Part shown: positions 19,991-20,895 of the stretch, one piece after another
Position numbering within the stretch: position 1 is the first letter of the stretch
Layout: the number at the start of each line of letters is the position of its first letter
Source of the DNA: Octopus sinensis
Taxonomy: Eukaryota
Length of the DNA: 20,895 nt
Direction: 5' to 3'
Assembly: GCF_006345805.1 (NCBI RefSeq)
Contig: NW_021823822.1
Location: 1 to 20,895 of the forward strand
Program-made: the position numbers and the translations under genes
The notes under the pieces: generated by a model
Database searches by the model: none
Told to the model about the DNA's origin: nothing
What the model saw: the letters and a program-made list of their open reading frames with translations, nothing else

Positions 19991-20170
19991 TTGTATGGTA
20001 GCAGGCTTTCATATCTTTCCTAATATCAGACAGACAAACAAACAATGAAGTCACTGATTGACTTCGTCTCCGATAGATCTGTAATCTGTCGTCTGCTTTC
20101 TTTCTACACCTCCATACGTATCCTGGCCACACCTCGACATTACACTTAACCCAACCCAAGACGACCTGAG

Positions 20171-20311
20171 GTAAGAAAAACAAAGCAAAAAAACAAAACA
20201 AGAAAAAAAAACAAGCATTTTATCCATTGGTGTTTTATTACTGACATTTACCTTATCTTCACATCTTTTCTTCTTTCTCTGTCTCTTCTCCCTTCATTTC
20301 CTTTTTATCAG
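20171..20311 (+). other. Probable 141-nt spliceosomal intron (likely in a 5' UTR)
   Basis: GAG|GTAAGA donor; TACTGAC branch point at 20239-20245; ~60-nt polypyrimidine tract; TTTTTATCAG acceptor ending at 20311. Confidence 0.55.
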
Positions 20312-20476
20312 TTGGGGCTTAGATTTCTAGAATTGCTTTTCAATTCACTGTGATCTGTGATTTGCTGGGCGTTACCATTTTTATAATGAAGATCTCGGCA
20401 GTGATTGAAGTGATGGAGAAAGAGATGAAGAGAATATCTTCCTTAATCAGTTTGTAATATCTTTCACACAAATCAA

Positions 20477-20512
20477 AACAACAACAACAATAATAACAAC
20501 AACAACAACGAC
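20477..20512. repeat. (CAA)n/(CGA)n repeat
   Basis: Direct reading. Confidence 0.85.
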
Positions 20513-20895
20513 GACGTCGACGTCAACAAACGCACAGACAGACAGACACAGACAAAAATTTAACGAAATCAAGAAAAAAAAAAACAGAAATTTAAAACAA
20601 CCTCTTATCGTGAAAGACAGGAAAAAATATTCTCTTTTTCTATTTTACTTTTTTTATTTAATTTTTGATATCAAGTAAAAATAAACAAATGTCAGGAATT
20701 AAATTGATGATGAAGAAATATTAAAATGTTAAAATTTAAAATTGAAATTATCTTATATCTGTGAATCTACTTAACCACCCGCCATCTCGTCTCTCCAACA
20801 ACAACAACAACAATATTAAACTGTAGTACATTTAAAGCAGTCTTCAAGTAATTATTTAAACACGAACAGATACAGTTTTACTAATAATCCCCCCA

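Overview
AT-rich, microsatellite-dense animal (eukaryotic) DNA made mostly of retroposon debris. The SINE types and repeat landscape resemble what I recall of octopod cephalopod genomes (inference, not database-checked). No intact host protein-coding gene is recognisable, and most ORF-track entries are microsatellite translations. Left third: co-oriented (TAA)n arrays holding a 5'-truncated, dead R4/Dong-type non-LTR retrotransposon (1775-4362; RT + CCHC + restriction-like endonuclease), a second diverged Dong-type fragment (5845-~6440), a SINE and short unexplained islands. Middle and right: about 20 copies or fragments of four tRNA-derived SINE families (labelled A-D here), seven with 13-16 bp target-site duplications, and a decayed HERO/R2-like endonuclease fragment (~18322-18697). 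The right end holds a probable promoter, first exon and short intron. The most unusual observations are: (i) a SINE that occurs as head + tandem ~184-bp bodies with a fixed junction and apparently moved as a TSD-bounded multimer; (ii) an inverted copy of that SINE's 3' junction plus unique flank 1.5 kb away; (iii) module swapping among SINE families; and (iv) a (TAA)n insertion hot-spot. I see no evidence of a wholly new enzymatic system.
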